A stretch of DNA of 64,000 nucleotides from an uncultured Collinsella sp. (GTDB lineage: Bacteria; Actinomycetota; Coriobacteriia; Coriobacteriales; Coriobacteriaceae). The position numbers and the translations under genes are program-made. Below, piece by piece: positions 35,700 to 46,059 of the stretch; the stretch's first letter is position 1, and the number at the start of each line of letters is the position of its first letter. The notes beneath the pieces were generated by a model. It was given only the letters and a program-made list of their open reading frames with translations. It had not been told where the DNA came from and searched no databases. The stretch covers positions 17,251 through 81,250 of the forward strand of contig UQLA01000006.1 of the NCBI GenBank assembly GCA_900541745.1, given 5' to 3'.

Positions 35700-38600
35700 A
35701 TGTCATCTGAGTTCGGTTCCGCACATATTTCGATTTTCCCCGTGATGACGGGCTTCCGCTCCAAGGTCAACAAAGAGGTAAAGTCGACCGGAGACGAAGC
35801 CAGCAATTCATTTAAAAACGCATTCAAAAACGCCGGCGGCGTAAGCGGCCGACAGCTCGGAAAGCAGCTGAAGGAATCCTTCGCCGCATCATCCAAGGGC
35901 CTCGCCGACGGTGCCCTCAAGGTCTTCACCGATGATGTCAAAGCCGCGACTAACGAGCTGAGCAAAGCTCGCATGAAGCAGGCGGACGATGCCGGGCGCG
36001 TCCGCGTGGCCGAGATGAGGCTGCAGGATGCCATCGCAAAGTACGGCGAGGGCTCCACGCAGGCGGTCGCCGCAGAGGAGCGTCTGGCATCCGCACGCCG
36101 AAAGTCCGAGCAGAGCGCCGCCGACGTGAAGGCCGCGACCGAGAAGCTGAACATCGCCAATCAGTTCGCCGCTAAGGCGCAACAGGATTTGGCTCAGTAT
36201 ACAAACCAATCGTCCAACGCTTTTGCCAGCGCTGCCAAGAACTTCCTTGCCGGCGCAAAGTCGCTGGACGCAGGCAAGAGCTCCGCAACCGGCATGGCCG
36301 GCGCCCTGGGTTCCCTTGTCCGCGCCGCATCCGGCATTGACATTTGGGGGCCGATCGCCGCCAAGGCGACAGCCGGTCTCGCCAGGGTAAAGGCATCAAT
36401 CGCCGACTTCGCCAGCAGCGCCAAGAACAAGATGCAGATCGCCGCAGCCGAGATCGGAAACGCAATCTCGGACGGCCTGTCGCGCGCCGGAAGCAAGGTG
36501 CAGACGGTCGTCGGCAATATCGCGTCCAGGCTTCCGCAGCCGATTAAGAACGTCTGCTCGACCGCGCACACGTGGTTCTCCAATGTGGAGACGGCAGCGA
36601 AGTCCGCATTCGATAAACTGCCGGATTTCGCCAAGACCGGTATCGAGGGCGCGAAAAGCGCCGTCTCCGCCGGCATATCCGCGCTCGGCAGTATCGGTTC
36701 CGCAGCCGCCAGCGCTTTCAAGGACGTATCCACCGCAATCGTAGGTGTCGGTGCCGGCGTGACAGTGGCGCTCGGCAAGATAGCCGTTACTGGAGGATTC
36801 AACCGCGCCCTCAGTATCGAGGATGCGCGCGCGAAGCTGAAGGGCCTCGGCCACGATGCCGGCAGCATCGACGAGATCATGAACAACGCTCTGGCTTCGG
36901 TCAAAGGCACCGCTTACGGCCTGGGAGACGCGGCGACCACGGCATCCCAGCTCGTGGCGTCCGGCGTCAAGCAGGGCGACCAGCTGACGAGCGTCCTCAA
37001 GACGGTGGGCGATTCCGCGCAAATTTCGGGTCGAGACTTCACGGAGATGGGTTCCATCTTCTCCAAGGTCGCCGCATCCAACAAGCTCCAGGGCGAGCAG
37101 GTCAACCAGATCCTCGACTCCGGCATCCCCATCCTCCAATTCCTCGCCAAACACTACGGCATCACCGCCGAGGAGGCCCAGAAGATGGTGTCCTCCGGCA
37201 AGGTTGACTTCGAGAACTTCGCAGCCGCCATGCAGGAGAACCTTGGCGGCGCGGCGCAGTCCGCTGGCGGCACCTTCAAGGGCGCGATGGCTAACGTCAA
37301 GGCAGCTTTGAGCCGTCTCGGCGAGAAGGCGATGACCCCCGTCCTGAACGGCCTGCGCGACATCTTTAATGCCGCTATTCCGCTTGTGGATGCCGTCACA
37401 ACCAAGCTGACACCCGTTTTCGAGCAGTGGGGAGACCTGGTCTCCAACACCATCGCACCGATGATCGTGGGCGCTTTCGAGAAGATCACGTCCGTGCTCA
37501 ACGGTGACAGCTTCTCGGGCTTTTCCAGTGGCATCATGGCGGCAATCCCCATTGTCGGCTCCCTAGTCGCCGCCATGGGAGGCACCGGGCTTCTCGGCAC
37601 CATCGGCGAGCTTCTCGTCAACATTCCCATGGTCGGCCCGGCCCTAAAAGGCCTCGTGGGTGAGTCCGCGCTTCTCGGCAACGTGCTTAAACTGCTCGGA
37701 GGTCCCGTCGGTATCGTGCTGTCGCTCCTCACCGGCTTGGTCATGATCAGTCCGAAGCTGCAACAGACCCTCGGTCAGGTGGCCGGCACGGTCGGCTCGT
37801 CGCTTCTCGGTGCCTTTACCACCCTAGCCCCTGTCCTGCAGGACATCTTCGACAAATGCACCAGTGCGGCATCCGAGATTTTCCCGGTGCTGGTCGAGTG
37901 TTTGAGCCAGATTTTTACGACCATCGGCAATGTGGTTGCGCAACTCGCCCCCATTGCAGCTGAAGTCCTGCAGCCCCTGCTCGATTGCATCGCGCAACTC
38001 ATCGAGCCGCTGACCAATATCATCACAGTCCTTCTGCCGCCGCTGACCAGCATCCTGGACGGCGTGATCACGCTAATCGGCAGCGTGCTCGCATTTGTCG
38101 GCCAGCTGGTTGCCGGAATCGAGTCCCTGCTGCTGCCCATCATCACTTCGGTCATTCAGGGCGTCTCCGACCTGCTCACGCAGTGCAGTCCTTGGCTCGA
38201 CCAGCTCGGTTTTGCATTCGAGTCCGCGATGGACCTGATTGGGGATGCGCTCGAGGTCGTCGGCGCGGCGCTGAACGGTTTTCTTTCCGTTGCCGGTACG
38301 GTCATTGCTGGAGTTGTCCAGTGGATTGTCGGCACCCTTCAGCCGACGTTTGCCGCGATGGCCCCGTTTATCTCGGGAATCGTGTCCTCCGTCAATCAGG
38401 TGATCACCTCGATCGGACAGATCGTGCAGGGCGTCGTCGGGCTGGTGCAGGGCATCATTTCCGGCAACTGGGCCCAGGCATGGTCGAGCTGCCAGCAGAT
38501 CGCCAGCGGCGCGGTCGGTGCGCTCAGTGGAATCCTGCAGGGCATCTACAACGCCGCTATGGCAGCGGTCTCCGGCGCCGGCACATGGCTGGTCAATGCC

Positions 38601-39098
38601 GGTAGCCAGATCATCTCCGGTCTTTGGAATGGCATCTCGGGTGCAATCGGTGGCCTGTACAACAATATCAAGGGGGCGCTGTCCGGTCTTGTCAGCAAGG
38701 CCAAGAATGCCCTCGGCATCCATTCGCCTTCGCGCGTGTTCCGCGACATGGTCGGCAAGTACATCCCGCTGGGCATCGGTGTCGGCATCAAGCGCAACAC
38801 CCCCGCACTGCTAGCTGACGCCGACAAGATGACCAGCTCTCTGGTCGAGCGCGTTAGCGGTGCGTCCGCGGCGGTTGACGTGGCGGCTGGCATGTCGCCC
38901 GCCTCTGGGGCAAACGGCGCTCAGGCAGCTTCTGGTGGTGCTGGCGGGCTATCCGTCGAGGACATTATCTATGCAATCATCACCGCGCTCAGCAGAATCG
39001 GTGCGCTCAAGCTCGATGTCGACCTCAAGACGCTCGCGATGCTACTCGCGCCGTCAATCGATTCAGAGCTCGGCAAGCGTGATGCGATGGAGGTCTAA
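35700..39098 (+). CDS. Tape measure protein (1132 aa)
   Basis: Long Ala/Gly-rich helical protein; SVKGTAYGL tape-measure domain; LGIHSPSRVF. Confidence 0.93.
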   Translation: MSSEFGSAHISIFPVMTGFRSKVNKEVKSTGDEASNSFKNAFKNAGGVSGRQLGKQLKESFAASSKGLADGALKVFTDDVKAATNELSKARMKQADDAGRVRVAEMRLQDAIAKYGEGSTQAVAAEERLASARRKSEQSAADVKAATEKLNIANQFAAKAQQDLAQYTNQSSNAFASAAKNFLAGAKSLDAGKSSATGMAGALGSLVRAASGIDIWGPIAAKATAGLARVKASIADFASSAKNKMQIAAAEIGNAISDGLSRAGSKVQTVVGNIASRLPQPIKNVCSTAHTWFSNVETAAKSAFDKLPDFAKTGIEGAKSAVSAGISALGSIGSAAASAFKDVSTAIVGVGAGVTVALGKIAVTGGFNRALSIEDARAKLKGLGHDAGSIDEIMNNALASVKGTAYGLGDAATTASQLVASGVKQGDQLTSVLKTVGDSAQISGRDFTEMGSIFSKVAASNKLQGEQVNQILDSGIPILQFLAKHYGITAEEAQKMVSSGKVDFENFAAAMQENLGGAAQSAGGTFKGAMANVKAALSRLGEKAMTPVLNGLRDIFNAAIPLVDAVTTKLTPVFEQWGDLVSNTIAPMIVGAFEKITSVLNGDSFSGFSSGIMAAIPIVGSLVAAMGGTGLLGTIGELLVNIPMVGPALKGLVGESALLGNVLKLLGGPVGIVLSLLTGLVMISPKLQQTLGQVAGTVGSSLLGAFTTLAPVLQDIFDKCTSAASEIFPVLVECLSQIFTTIGNVVAQLAPIAAEVLQPLLDCIAQLIEPLTNIITVLLPPLTSILDGVITLIGSVLAFVGQLVAGIESLLLPIITSVIQGVSDLLTQCSPWLDQLGFAFESAMDLIGDALEVVGAALNGFLSVAGTVIAGVVQWIVGTLQPTFAAMAPFISGIVSSVNQVITSIGQIVQGVVGLVQGIISGNWAQAWSSCQQIASGAVGALSGILQGIYNAAMAAVSGAGTWLVNAGSQIISGLWNGISGAIGGLYNNIKGALSGLVSKAKNALGIHSPSRVFRDMVGKYIPLGIGVGIKRNTPALLADADKMTSSLVERVSGASAAVDVAAGMSPASGANGAQAASGGAGGLSVEDIIYAIITALSRIGALKLDVDLKTLAMLLAPSIDSELGKRDAMEV

Positions 39099-39893
39099 AT
39101 GGCTGATTCGAGACTTGGAATCTTCTCCCGCAACGACATGTTCGTCGATGACGGCACGGTCACCGTCAACGGCGTCAATCTCGGAGGAATCGGCTGGTAT
39201 CTCACAGCCGCCCCGGAGGTCGAGGCGCTCACGTTCAATACGGCATATACGTCCATTACGGGAACCCACGGATCGCGCGACCTGTCGCTAACTGATGGGG
39301 GTGGACTGGCTTACGCAGGCAGGCGCACCGTGACGCTCCACCTTCGCACTCTCGGTACGTGGCAGGAGGCCGTTGAGTCGAAGCTCGCACTCGGCTCGAT
39401 GGTTGGTCGCGATGCCCGAATCACATGGAATGCGCTTCCCGGTGATTTCGTCGGCAGGCTCGAATCGTCCAACCCGAGTGAGGTCTGGCATGGCGGCGTG
39501 TTCGCCTACTACGAAATCGACCTTGTAATGAGCGCCATGCCCATGCTCTACGGTGCCGAGACCACCGTGAGCGGTACCGAGTTGACCGTGAGCGGTAATT
39601 GCAGGGTTTTCCCCAGGTTCACTGCCATCCTCAAGGCCGAGTCGAAGCTGAAGATATCGCGTGACGATGGGGTCTTCATTGAGGTCGAAGCGGAAAAGGT
39701 TTTCGGTTCCGGCATCGAAGCGGTAATCGAGATGTCTCCGACCAGAAAGCGCGGCGTGTATATAAACGACGTACTGACCTGTCCGACTCTCACATCCGAT
39801 TTCTTCGACCTGCCAGCAGGGGACTCAACCATCACAGTGGTCGGTGCAAGCAGTATCACGACATCCTACGAGCCGTTGTGGCTCATCCCATAG
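39099..39893 (+). CDS. Distal tail (Dit-like) protein
   Basis: Position after the tape measure gene; SITGTHGSRDLS, DFFDLPAGDSTITV. Confidence 0.75.
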   Translation: MADSRLGIFSRNDMFVDDGTVTVNGVNLGGIGWYLTAAPEVEALTFNTAYTSITGTHGSRDLSLTDGGGLAYAGRRTVTLHLRTLGTWQEAVESKLALGSMVGRDARITWNALPGDFVGRLESSNPSEVWHGGVFAYYEIDLVMSAMPMLYGAETTVSGTELTVSGNCRVFPRFTAILKAESKLKISRDDGVFIEVEAEKVFGSGIEAVIEMSPTRKRGVYINDVLTCPTLTSDFFDLPAGDSTITVVGASSITTSYEPLWLIP

Positions 39894-39904
39894 GAGATCA
39901 CTAG

Positions 39905-42763
39905 ATGTCAAAGAGATTCATCCACTTCAACCGCTTCGGTGCATATGTCGGAGAGTTGACACCTTTGCAGGCGACGCGCACACGCAATGTCGACCAGTGC
40001 GGTGTTGACAAGGTCGAGCTGATTCTTCTGGACAACGGTATAGACAAATACGACCGAATCGTGTTCACGGACTCGCTGCGCCGCACGTGCGAGTGGATCG
40101 TCATGTCCTCGCGCGAATCGAGGGCTTCCAATGTCCCCGTCTGCAAGGTCAACTGCTACGGTTCCATGCAAGAGCTTTCTCGCCATTTTATGCCCACGCT
40201 CCGCCGTGGCTCCGGCGATTCCCCGTCGCAGGCGCTGGCAAAAGCGCTGGATGGCACTCGCTGGTCTGTCGGCCCCTGCGACGAGGGCAGCGGTACCTAC
40301 AGCGTCTACCACCAGTCATCGCTAAAATCCATTGAGGACATTGCGGACGCCTACAAAATGGAGGTGAAGCCGCTCATCGAGCTCTCCTTGGACGGCAACT
40401 CGATTGCCAAGCGCTCCGTCTGCCTAGTCAAGCGCATCGGTCGCGCGAACACTGCATTGCGCCTCGATTACGGTAGCGGGCTGTCCGGCATCGACCGCGT
40501 GTTGTCCGCAGATGACGTGGTGACTCGACTCTACTGTTACGGCAAGGGCGTGCAGACGACCGATGAAGACGGAAACGCGACGGGCGGTTACTCCCGCAAG
40601 ATCACATTTGCCGAGATCAACGGCGGCAAGGAGTATGTCCAGGACGATTCTCTGCTCCAGACGTGGGGCGTCTACGGCCCTGACGGCACCCTGGTCCATG
40701 CCGAGGGTATCTTCGAGGACGGAGACTGCGAGGACAAGGCGACGCTTCTCGCCGAGGGCAAGGCCGCTCTCGCAGAGAGGTCAAAACCCGTTGTGAGCTA
40801 CGAGGGCACGGTCGAGGCCCTCGGTCGCGCCGGATTCGATGCCAATGCGTGCGATCTCGGCGACAACCTCCAGATGGTCGATACCACATTCCCCAAGCCG
40901 CTACGCCTGACCGGTCGAGTGCTTGAGATCGTGGAAGACCTGCTCGGTGACGGCTCTCCGTCCAGCGTGAAGGTCGGCAACATCATCGAGGGCATCACGA
41001 AGCGCTCCGATCGCGTGCAGCAGACCATCGACCGTCTGACGGGCAGCGCCGGCAGCTGGGACGATGCCGCCACGCTCGGCAGCTCCTATCTCAACGGCGT
41101 TATCGACGGCCTGAACAACGTCATGAACCAGACTGGCGGCTATACCTATATCAAGCCAGGCAAAGGGCTGTACGTCTATGACAGGCGCGAGGACGACAAC
41201 CCGACCATGTGCATCCAGATCGGCGGAGGCTACTTCCGAATCGCCGACGGAAAGAATGCGGACGGCACATGGAACTTCCGCACGCTGGGCAACGGCCATG
41301 GGCTTGTTGCCGATGCGCTCGTAGCGGGAACAATCGATGCCAATCTCATCCGTGCCGGCGTGCTGCAGGACAAGACCGGCACTAATTATTGGAATCTCGA
41401 CACTGGAGATTTTAGGCTTGCTGCTGGCGCCCAACTCGGCGGCAAGGACATCGCGACAACCGATACAGCCATCAAGTCGGTCGTCAAGCTGTACGCCAAG
41501 AACATGAGCGACACGGTCCCGCCGACTAACGCATCGAACCCCGAGCTCGGATGGTCCGAGCAGCTGCCGGAATGGAGCGACGGCTACTACATCTGGTCGA
41601 TGGAGCGCATCACCATGGGCGACGGTTCCGTGCGCTACTCCACGCCGGTGCTCGAGGGCGCGTACAACAAGGCGTGCCAGGCCTCGCACGATGTCCAGAG
41701 CTCGCTCGGGGACCTCGACAGCACGATCAAGAACGCGACGAGCGACGGTATCGTCACCGAGGCCGAGAAGGCGGCTGTGAAAAAGGCCATGCAGGACGTC
41801 GACAAGGAGCGCGAGGAGTTAAGCGACCAGTACAGGACGCTAAAGGCGAACAGCGCGCTTAATTCGCAGTATGTCCTGAATGTCCTTACGCCGAAATACA
41901 CGGCGGCATTCGGCTCGACTGCCGAGGGTGGCACGTACGGCGAGTACTGCAACCGCGTCAATGATGTGCTCAAGTGCAAGACCGCCGATGAGCTCAAGAC
42001 GGCGATGCTCGAGTACGACACCGCCTACAGCACATACTCGACGGCCGTCAAGGAATATGCCGCCGCAGCGACGGCGGCACGGCACGCGATCGAGCAGAAG
42101 AATGCCAGCGACTATGCCGACGGCATCCTGAGCGCCTACGACGAGCAGCTCGGGCAGCAGGAGATCTTCAACCGCTTGACCAACAACGGCGCTACGCAGG
42201 GCGTCTACATGGAGAGCGGAAAGCTCTACATCAACGCGAGCTACATGTCCGCTGGAACAATTGCAGACGCAAAAGGCCGCAACAGCTGGAACCTCAAGAC
42301 CGGCGTCTTGACGACCAACTACATGACCGCGAACAACGTCACGGCCACGGGCACGTTCCGCTGCGGCAGCAGCAACTACTACACGATGCTCAACTCCACC
42401 GGGCAGATGGCCGGGTACAGGCCGACGTCGAGCGGGCCGACCGTCGACCCGGGCTCGCTGCCCGCCAGCAAGGTCGGCTACATCGACTTCACGGCGTCGA
42501 CGTACGACATCGGCGACAAGAAGACCTACTACGGTATCCAGATGCAGGCACAGGGTAGCGTCCGCATCTCGTCGCCGAACATCTCGACGGCGGCGACATC
42601 TGAAACGAGCGTCACGACCACTAATTGTCGCACCGGGACGATCACGCAGCCGCTGGTGTCGTCCATACGCGACAACGGCGACAGCATCAGCTGGACGTAC
42701 GGCGACTTCACGCTAGGCGTGGTAAACGGGCTGATCACGTCGGTCAGCCGCGTATTGACATGA
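39905..42763 (+). CDS. Tail spike / Tal-like minor tail protein
   Basis: VVTRLYCYGKG, CDLGD, LVAGTIDANLIRAG, YWNLDTG, LYINASY. Confidence 0.8.
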   Translation: MSKRFIHFNRFGAYVGELTPLQATRTRNVDQCGVDKVELILLDNGIDKYDRIVFTDSLRRTCEWIVMSSRESRASNVPVCKVNCYGSMQELSRHFMPTLRRGSGDSPSQALAKALDGTRWSVGPCDEGSGTYSVYHQSSLKSIEDIADAYKMEVKPLIELSLDGNSIAKRSVCLVKRIGRANTALRLDYGSGLSGIDRVLSADDVVTRLYCYGKGVQTTDEDGNATGGYSRKITFAEINGGKEYVQDDSLLQTWGVYGPDGTLVHAEGIFEDGDCEDKATLLAEGKAALAERSKPVVSYEGTVEALGRAGFDANACDLGDNLQMVDTTFPKPLRLTGRVLEIVEDLLGDGSPSSVKVGNIIEGITKRSDRVQQTIDRLTGSAGSWDDAATLGSSYLNGVIDGLNNVMNQTGGYTYIKPGKGLYVYDRREDDNPTMCIQIGGGYFRIADGKNADGTWNFRTLGNGHGLVADALVAGTIDANLIRAGVLQDKTGTNYWNLDTGDFRLAAGAQLGGKDIATTDTAIKSVVKLYAKNMSDTVPPTNASNPELGWSEQLPEWSDGYYIWSMERITMGDGSVRYSTPVLEGAYNKACQASHDVQSSLGDLDSTIKNATSDGIVTEAEKAAVKKAMQDVDKEREELSDQYRTLKANSALNSQYVLNVLTPKYTAAFGSTAEGGTYGEYCNRVNDVLKCKTADELKTAMLEYDTAYSTYSTAVKEYAAAATAARHAIEQKNASDYADGILSAYDEQLGQQEIFNRLTNNGATQGVYMESGKLYINASYMSAGTIADAKGRNSWNLKTGVLTTNYMTANNVTATGTFRCGSSNYYTMLNSTGQMAGYRPTSSGPTVDPGSLPASKVGYIDFTASTYDIGDKKTYYGIQMQAQGSVRISSPNISTAATSETSVTTTNCRTGTITQPLVSSIRDNGDSISWTYGDFTLGVVNGLITSVSRVLT

Positions 42764-42779
42764 TTGGAAGGATTAAGAA

Positions 42780-43175
42780 ATGTCTCATATCGTCGATTAT
42801 CTTATTCACGATCCACTTGGCAATGTCGAAGGGCAGCTCGGGGACTACGACCCCGTGCGCCTCGAGGAGGCCGAGAAGAACGGTATGATCTTCATCGCCG
42901 TCATGGACGACGGTGAGCGCAGGCTCGTGAAGGCCGCCGACGTGAGCGAGCCGAATCAGCAGAACCAGTACTTCACCGTGGCGAAACCGGAGTATGTCGA
43001 CGAGCGCACGAAGGCCACGGTCGCCGTGTTTGACGCGCTCGCGGATATAGTCAACCCGCAGACGGCTGCGGCTGACGAGAATGGCAGCGATGAGCAGCCG
43101 GTAGCTGACCCTATTACGGCCTTCGAGAATGCGCTGAATAAGTTGAAGAGCCTCCAAAACGGCGACCAGTCATAA
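42780..43175 (+). CDS. Hypothetical tail-region protein
   Basis: ORF with RBS between tail genes. Confidence 0.7.
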   Translation: MSHIVDYLIHDPLGNVEGQLGDYDPVRLEEAEKNGMIFIAVMDDGERRLVKAADVSEPNQQNQYFTVAKPEYVDERTKATVAVFDALADIVNPQTAAADENGSDEQPVADPITAFENALNKLKSLQNGDQS

Positions 43176-43186
43176 CGGCCACAAGA

Positions 43187-43207
43187 GGGGGACGAGAGGT
43201 CGACCAT
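43187..43207 (+). promoter_or_regulatory. Putative late promoter 4 (GGGGGAC-N8-GACCAT)
   Basis: Intergenic; ends 36 nt before the fibre gene ATG. Confidence 0.7.
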
Positions 43208-43243
43208 CTTTCTGGTTAGTAGGTAGCAAGAAAGGTGGTCGAC

Positions 43244-45493
43244 ATGGCTCTCGATAGCTTCAGGCGCATCGTGATCGAGATTGACACTGCCAACGATTAC
43301 ATCGCCCCAATCATCCTGTCTCGCGGCGACGTCAACGGTCGTACATTGGTGGTCAAACTTACCGACAACGGCAAGCCGGTGACCAACACGGACGGTCTCG
43401 TTGTCAAGCTGGCCTATAAGTCCGCTGGACAGACCTCCGGCTGGGTCAAGACGATGACAAAAGTGGGCGGCTATGACACGGCGGCATGGTCGTGCTCGGC
43501 TCCCGGTAGCGTGCTCAACTCCGAATACGCAATTATGTGCATCCAGATCTGCCAGGGTTCCGATGTGGTCTGCTCCCGCACGTTCCGCGCAGCGGTCGAC
43601 AAGCCAATCATCAATTTGAACCCCGGCACAGACGAAGGCGATGCAGTCAAGGCACTGCAGGAGATGCTTGCGTCCCTAGATGAGCAGCAAGCCAAATTCG
43701 ATGCAGCGGAAAAGAAGCGCGAGCAAGACTTTAGGAGCGCTGCCACCAAGGTCAACGCGTCGGTCATCACGAATGTCAATGTGAAGACCCTCGGCCCCGG
43801 CAGCGAGGCGACTGTCTCAATCGTCAAGGGCGAGAGCGGTCAAGCCCTCACGCTCGGGATACCGAAGGGCGCGAAGGGCGACGCTGGCGCAAAGGGCGAC
43901 CGGGGCGAGAAGGGCGAACAGGGGCCGCAGGGCATCAAAGGCCCCCAAGGCCCCAAAGGCCTCCAAGGCGATGTCGGCCCCAAAGGTCCCCAAGGCGATA
44001 TTGGCCCCCAAGGCCCCAAAGGTCCCCAAGGTGATATCGGCCCCCAAGGCAAGCAGGGCATCCAAGGTCCCAAGGGCGATAAGGGCGATCCGTTCACCTA
44101 CTCGGATTTCACAGAAGACCAGATCAATAACTTGAAGAATGGTCCCAAGGGCGACAAGGGTGACCCGGGTGAGACCGGCCCACAGGGCCCGCAAGGCCCG
44201 CAGGGCCCAAAGGGTCCCAAGGGCGACCCCTTCACCTATAACGACTTCACCGAGGCGCAAATCGAAGGTCTGAAGGGGCCGCAAGGCCCCAAGGGCGAGA
44301 CTGGCCCGCAGGGCGAGCAAGGTCCCAAGGGCAACGTCGGCCCACAAGGTCCCAAGGGCATTCAGGGCGAGAAGGGCGACAAGGGTGACCCGGGTGAGAC
44401 CGGCCCTACAGGTCCGAGGGGTCCGCAAGGCCCTCAAGGCCTACAGGGTCTTCAGGGTCCGCAAGGCGACACCGGACCTGCGGGCGCTCAGGGAGAGCCC
44501 GGTCCCCGAGGTCCGCAGGGCGACGTCGGCCCGCAAGGTCCCAAGGGCGATCCTTTCACTTATGACGACTTCACCGAGGCGCAGCTTGCCGGATTGAAGG
44601 GGCCGCAGGGCGAGAGGGGCGAGCAAGGCCCCAAGGGCGAGACTGGCCCGCAGGGTCCGCAGGGACCGCAAGGCCCCAAGGGTGACCCGGGCAGTACCGG
44701 CGGCGCGTCAGTCCGGGCTGGCGGTCAAGACCTCTCTGTCGTGCTGGCTGACAAAATCTCGGCATCCGGCGGCACGGTCTATTCGGTACTGCATGAGCTT
44801 GTCGCAAGCGAGGACTTCTCGAATATCATGGTTGGCGACTATTTCAACGTCCAGGTTAAGCCGACCTATGCGACTTCAGACAGCAGCATTAGCCTCGTCG
44901 TGGCGCACATCAATCCGTACAAGGGGGTAGGCAAAACTGAGATCGCGAGCCATATAGCCCTCGTCTCGGCGCAGCCGCTGATTGTCAACTCTAGATACAC
45001 TTACGTCACCAGTGGCTCGTACCTGCCGTGGAACTCCTCCAACACGAACAACAGCTCTAATTCCGGCAGGTGGCCGTACACAGACTCAGACCTGCATGAA
45101 TGGGAGGCCGGGCTCGGTGGTATAGACCTGCCGAGCGACTTCACGCGATACATCATCGATAGGCAGGCTTATCTTGAAAAGCGCTCTGGCAGCTCCAGCG
45201 ATTCGACTGACAACTCGTGGACGAGCCTTGGAAAAATATGGTCACTTTCCGAAAAAGAGGTGTTCGGGTGCGACGTTTTCGGCACGAAGGGCTACTCGGT
45301 CGGAGCGGATGTCCAATTCGACCTGTTCAAGTCGGGTGGTGCTCTAACCGGCGGAAAGAATCCGTGGTGGCTGCGCACCGTTGCCGGAGGCTCGACGACT
45401 AAGGCCTGCTATGTGGACTCCACCGGTGCACCGATGACGAAAGACGTGAACGGCACGGATGTCAGGCCCCGCGTAGCCATGCTTTTCGGGTAG
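43244..45493 (+). CDS. Baseplate-upper (BppU-like)/collagen-repeat tail fibre with DUF6273-like C-terminal domain
   Basis: [19 protein letters not shown]-terminus; long Gly-X-Y repeats; LSEKEVFG...WWLRT...VRP C-terminus. Start could be GTG 43235. Confidence 0.8.
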   Translation: MALDSFRRIVIEIDTANDYIAPIILSRGDVNGRTLVVKLTDNGKPVTNTDGLVVKLAYKSAGQTSGWVKTMTKVGGYDTAAWSCSAPGSVLNSEYAIMCIQICQGSDVVCSRTFRAAVDKPIINLNPGTDEGDAVKALQEMLASLDEQQAKFDAAEKKREQDFRSAATKVNASVITNVNVKTLGPGSEATVSIVKGESGQALTLGIPKGAKGDAGAKGDRGEKGEQGPQGIKGPQGPKGLQGDVGPKGPQGDIGPQGPKGPQGDIGPQGKQGIQGPKGDKGDPFTYSDFTEDQINNLKNGPKGDKGDPGETGPQGPQGPQGPKGPKGDPFTYNDFTEAQIEGLKGPQGPKGETGPQGEQGPKGNVGPQGPKGIQGEKGDKGDPGETGPTGPRGPQGPQGLQGLQGPQGDTGPAGAQGEPGPRGPQGDVGPQGPKGDPFTYDDFTEAQLAGLKGPQGERGEQGPKGETGPQGPQGPQGPKGDPGSTGGASVRAGGQDLSVVLADKISASGGTVYSVLHELVASEDFSNIMVGDYFNVQVKPTYATSDSSISLVVAHINPYKGVGKTEIASHIALVSAQPLIVNSRYTYVTSGSYLPWNSSNTNNSSNSGRWPYTDSDLHEWEAGLGGIDLPSDFTRYIIDRQAYLEKRSGSSSDSTDNSWTSLGKIWSLSEKEVFGCDVFGTKGYSVGADVQFDLFKSGGALTGGKNPWWLRTVAGGSTTKACYVDSTGAPMTKDVNGTDVRPRVAMLFG
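43867..44692 (+). repeat. Collagen-like repeats with three GDPFTYxDFTExQ interruptions
   Basis: GPQGPKG-type 9/18/27-nt repeats; duplicated block GGCGACAAGGGTGACCCGGGTGAGACCGGCCC. Confidence 0.9.
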
Positions 45494-45515
45494 GTTTGAC
45501 ATTCCAATCTCTTAG

Positions 45516-45565
45516 AAATCCCAGACGATTCGCAGGTAGTCAGCCGCGTTTCGTCTGGGATTTTT
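45516..45565 (+). terminator. Intrinsic terminator after the fibre gene
   Basis: AAATCCCAGACGA / TCGTCTGGGATTT perfect 13-bp stem ending in a T run. Confidence 0.75.
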
Positions 45566-45578
45566 GCCTTTAAAGCGC

Positions 45579-45599
45579 GGGGGACGGCACCTCGATACT
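45579..45599 (+). promoter_or_regulatory. Putative late promoter 5 (GGGGGAC-N8-GATACT)
   Basis: After the terminator; ends 36 nt before the first lysis-cassette ATG. Confidence 0.72.
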
Positions 45600-45635
45600 C
45601 GCTTTAAGCAGCAAGCATAGAGGGGAGGTGAGTGG

Positions 45636-46049
45636 ATGGAAGTGCTAAAGCTCTTTGCGCCCTATGGCCCGGGGTGGCTCGGCGGCGTGCTTCTGGCGCT
45701 CATTGCCTTTTACTTCGGTAAACAATTTCTCGAAGAGTACAAGCGTCAGAACGAGCGTAAGGGCGAGATTGACCTGAAGCGCGAGGAGCGCAAGCAAGAT
45801 GAAGTCAAGGAGCGTGCCCAGCGCGACCGTGAGCGGTCGGAGATGGAGGGCCGCATCGCCGCCCAGATGGAGCGCTCGAACTCACTTATGGAGGCCATGA
45901 AAACCCTCATGGAGTCGGTCGTCACATCCAATGAGGTCCTGCACAACGACTTGGCGCACAGCCAAGCGCGCAGTCAGGGAATGGCAGAGAAAGTCGACCA
46001 CATCTGCGATCGGGTCGACCTGATCTACAACAAGGAATCAGGCAGATAG
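45636..46049 (+). CDS. Single-TM coiled-coil lysis-cassette protein
   Basis: N-terminal TM (WLGGVLLALIAFYFG) followed by a coiled coil; GGAGGT RBS. Confidence 0.75.
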   Translation: MEVLKLFAPYGPGWLGGVLLALIAFYFGKQFLEEYKRQNERKGEIDLKREERKQDEVKERAQRDRERSEMEGRIAAQMERSNSLMEAMKTLMESVVTSNEVLHNDLAHSQARSQGMAEKVDHICDRVDLIYNKESGR

Positions 46050-46059
46050 GAGCAATCGA

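Noticed and set aside
35686..35706. Sixth late motif before the tape measure gene (GGGGGAG)
   Set aside because: Ends in G rather than C, the hexamer at N8 is TGTCAT (no A at position 2), and the run is positioned as an RBS.
43867..44692. Repeat array as a non-coding element
   Set aside because: Fully explained by in-frame Gly-X-Y collagen coding.
44700..45640. Diversity-generating retroelement targeting the fibre tip
   Set aside because: No reverse transcriptase and no second copy (template repeat) of the C-terminal region seen in the window.
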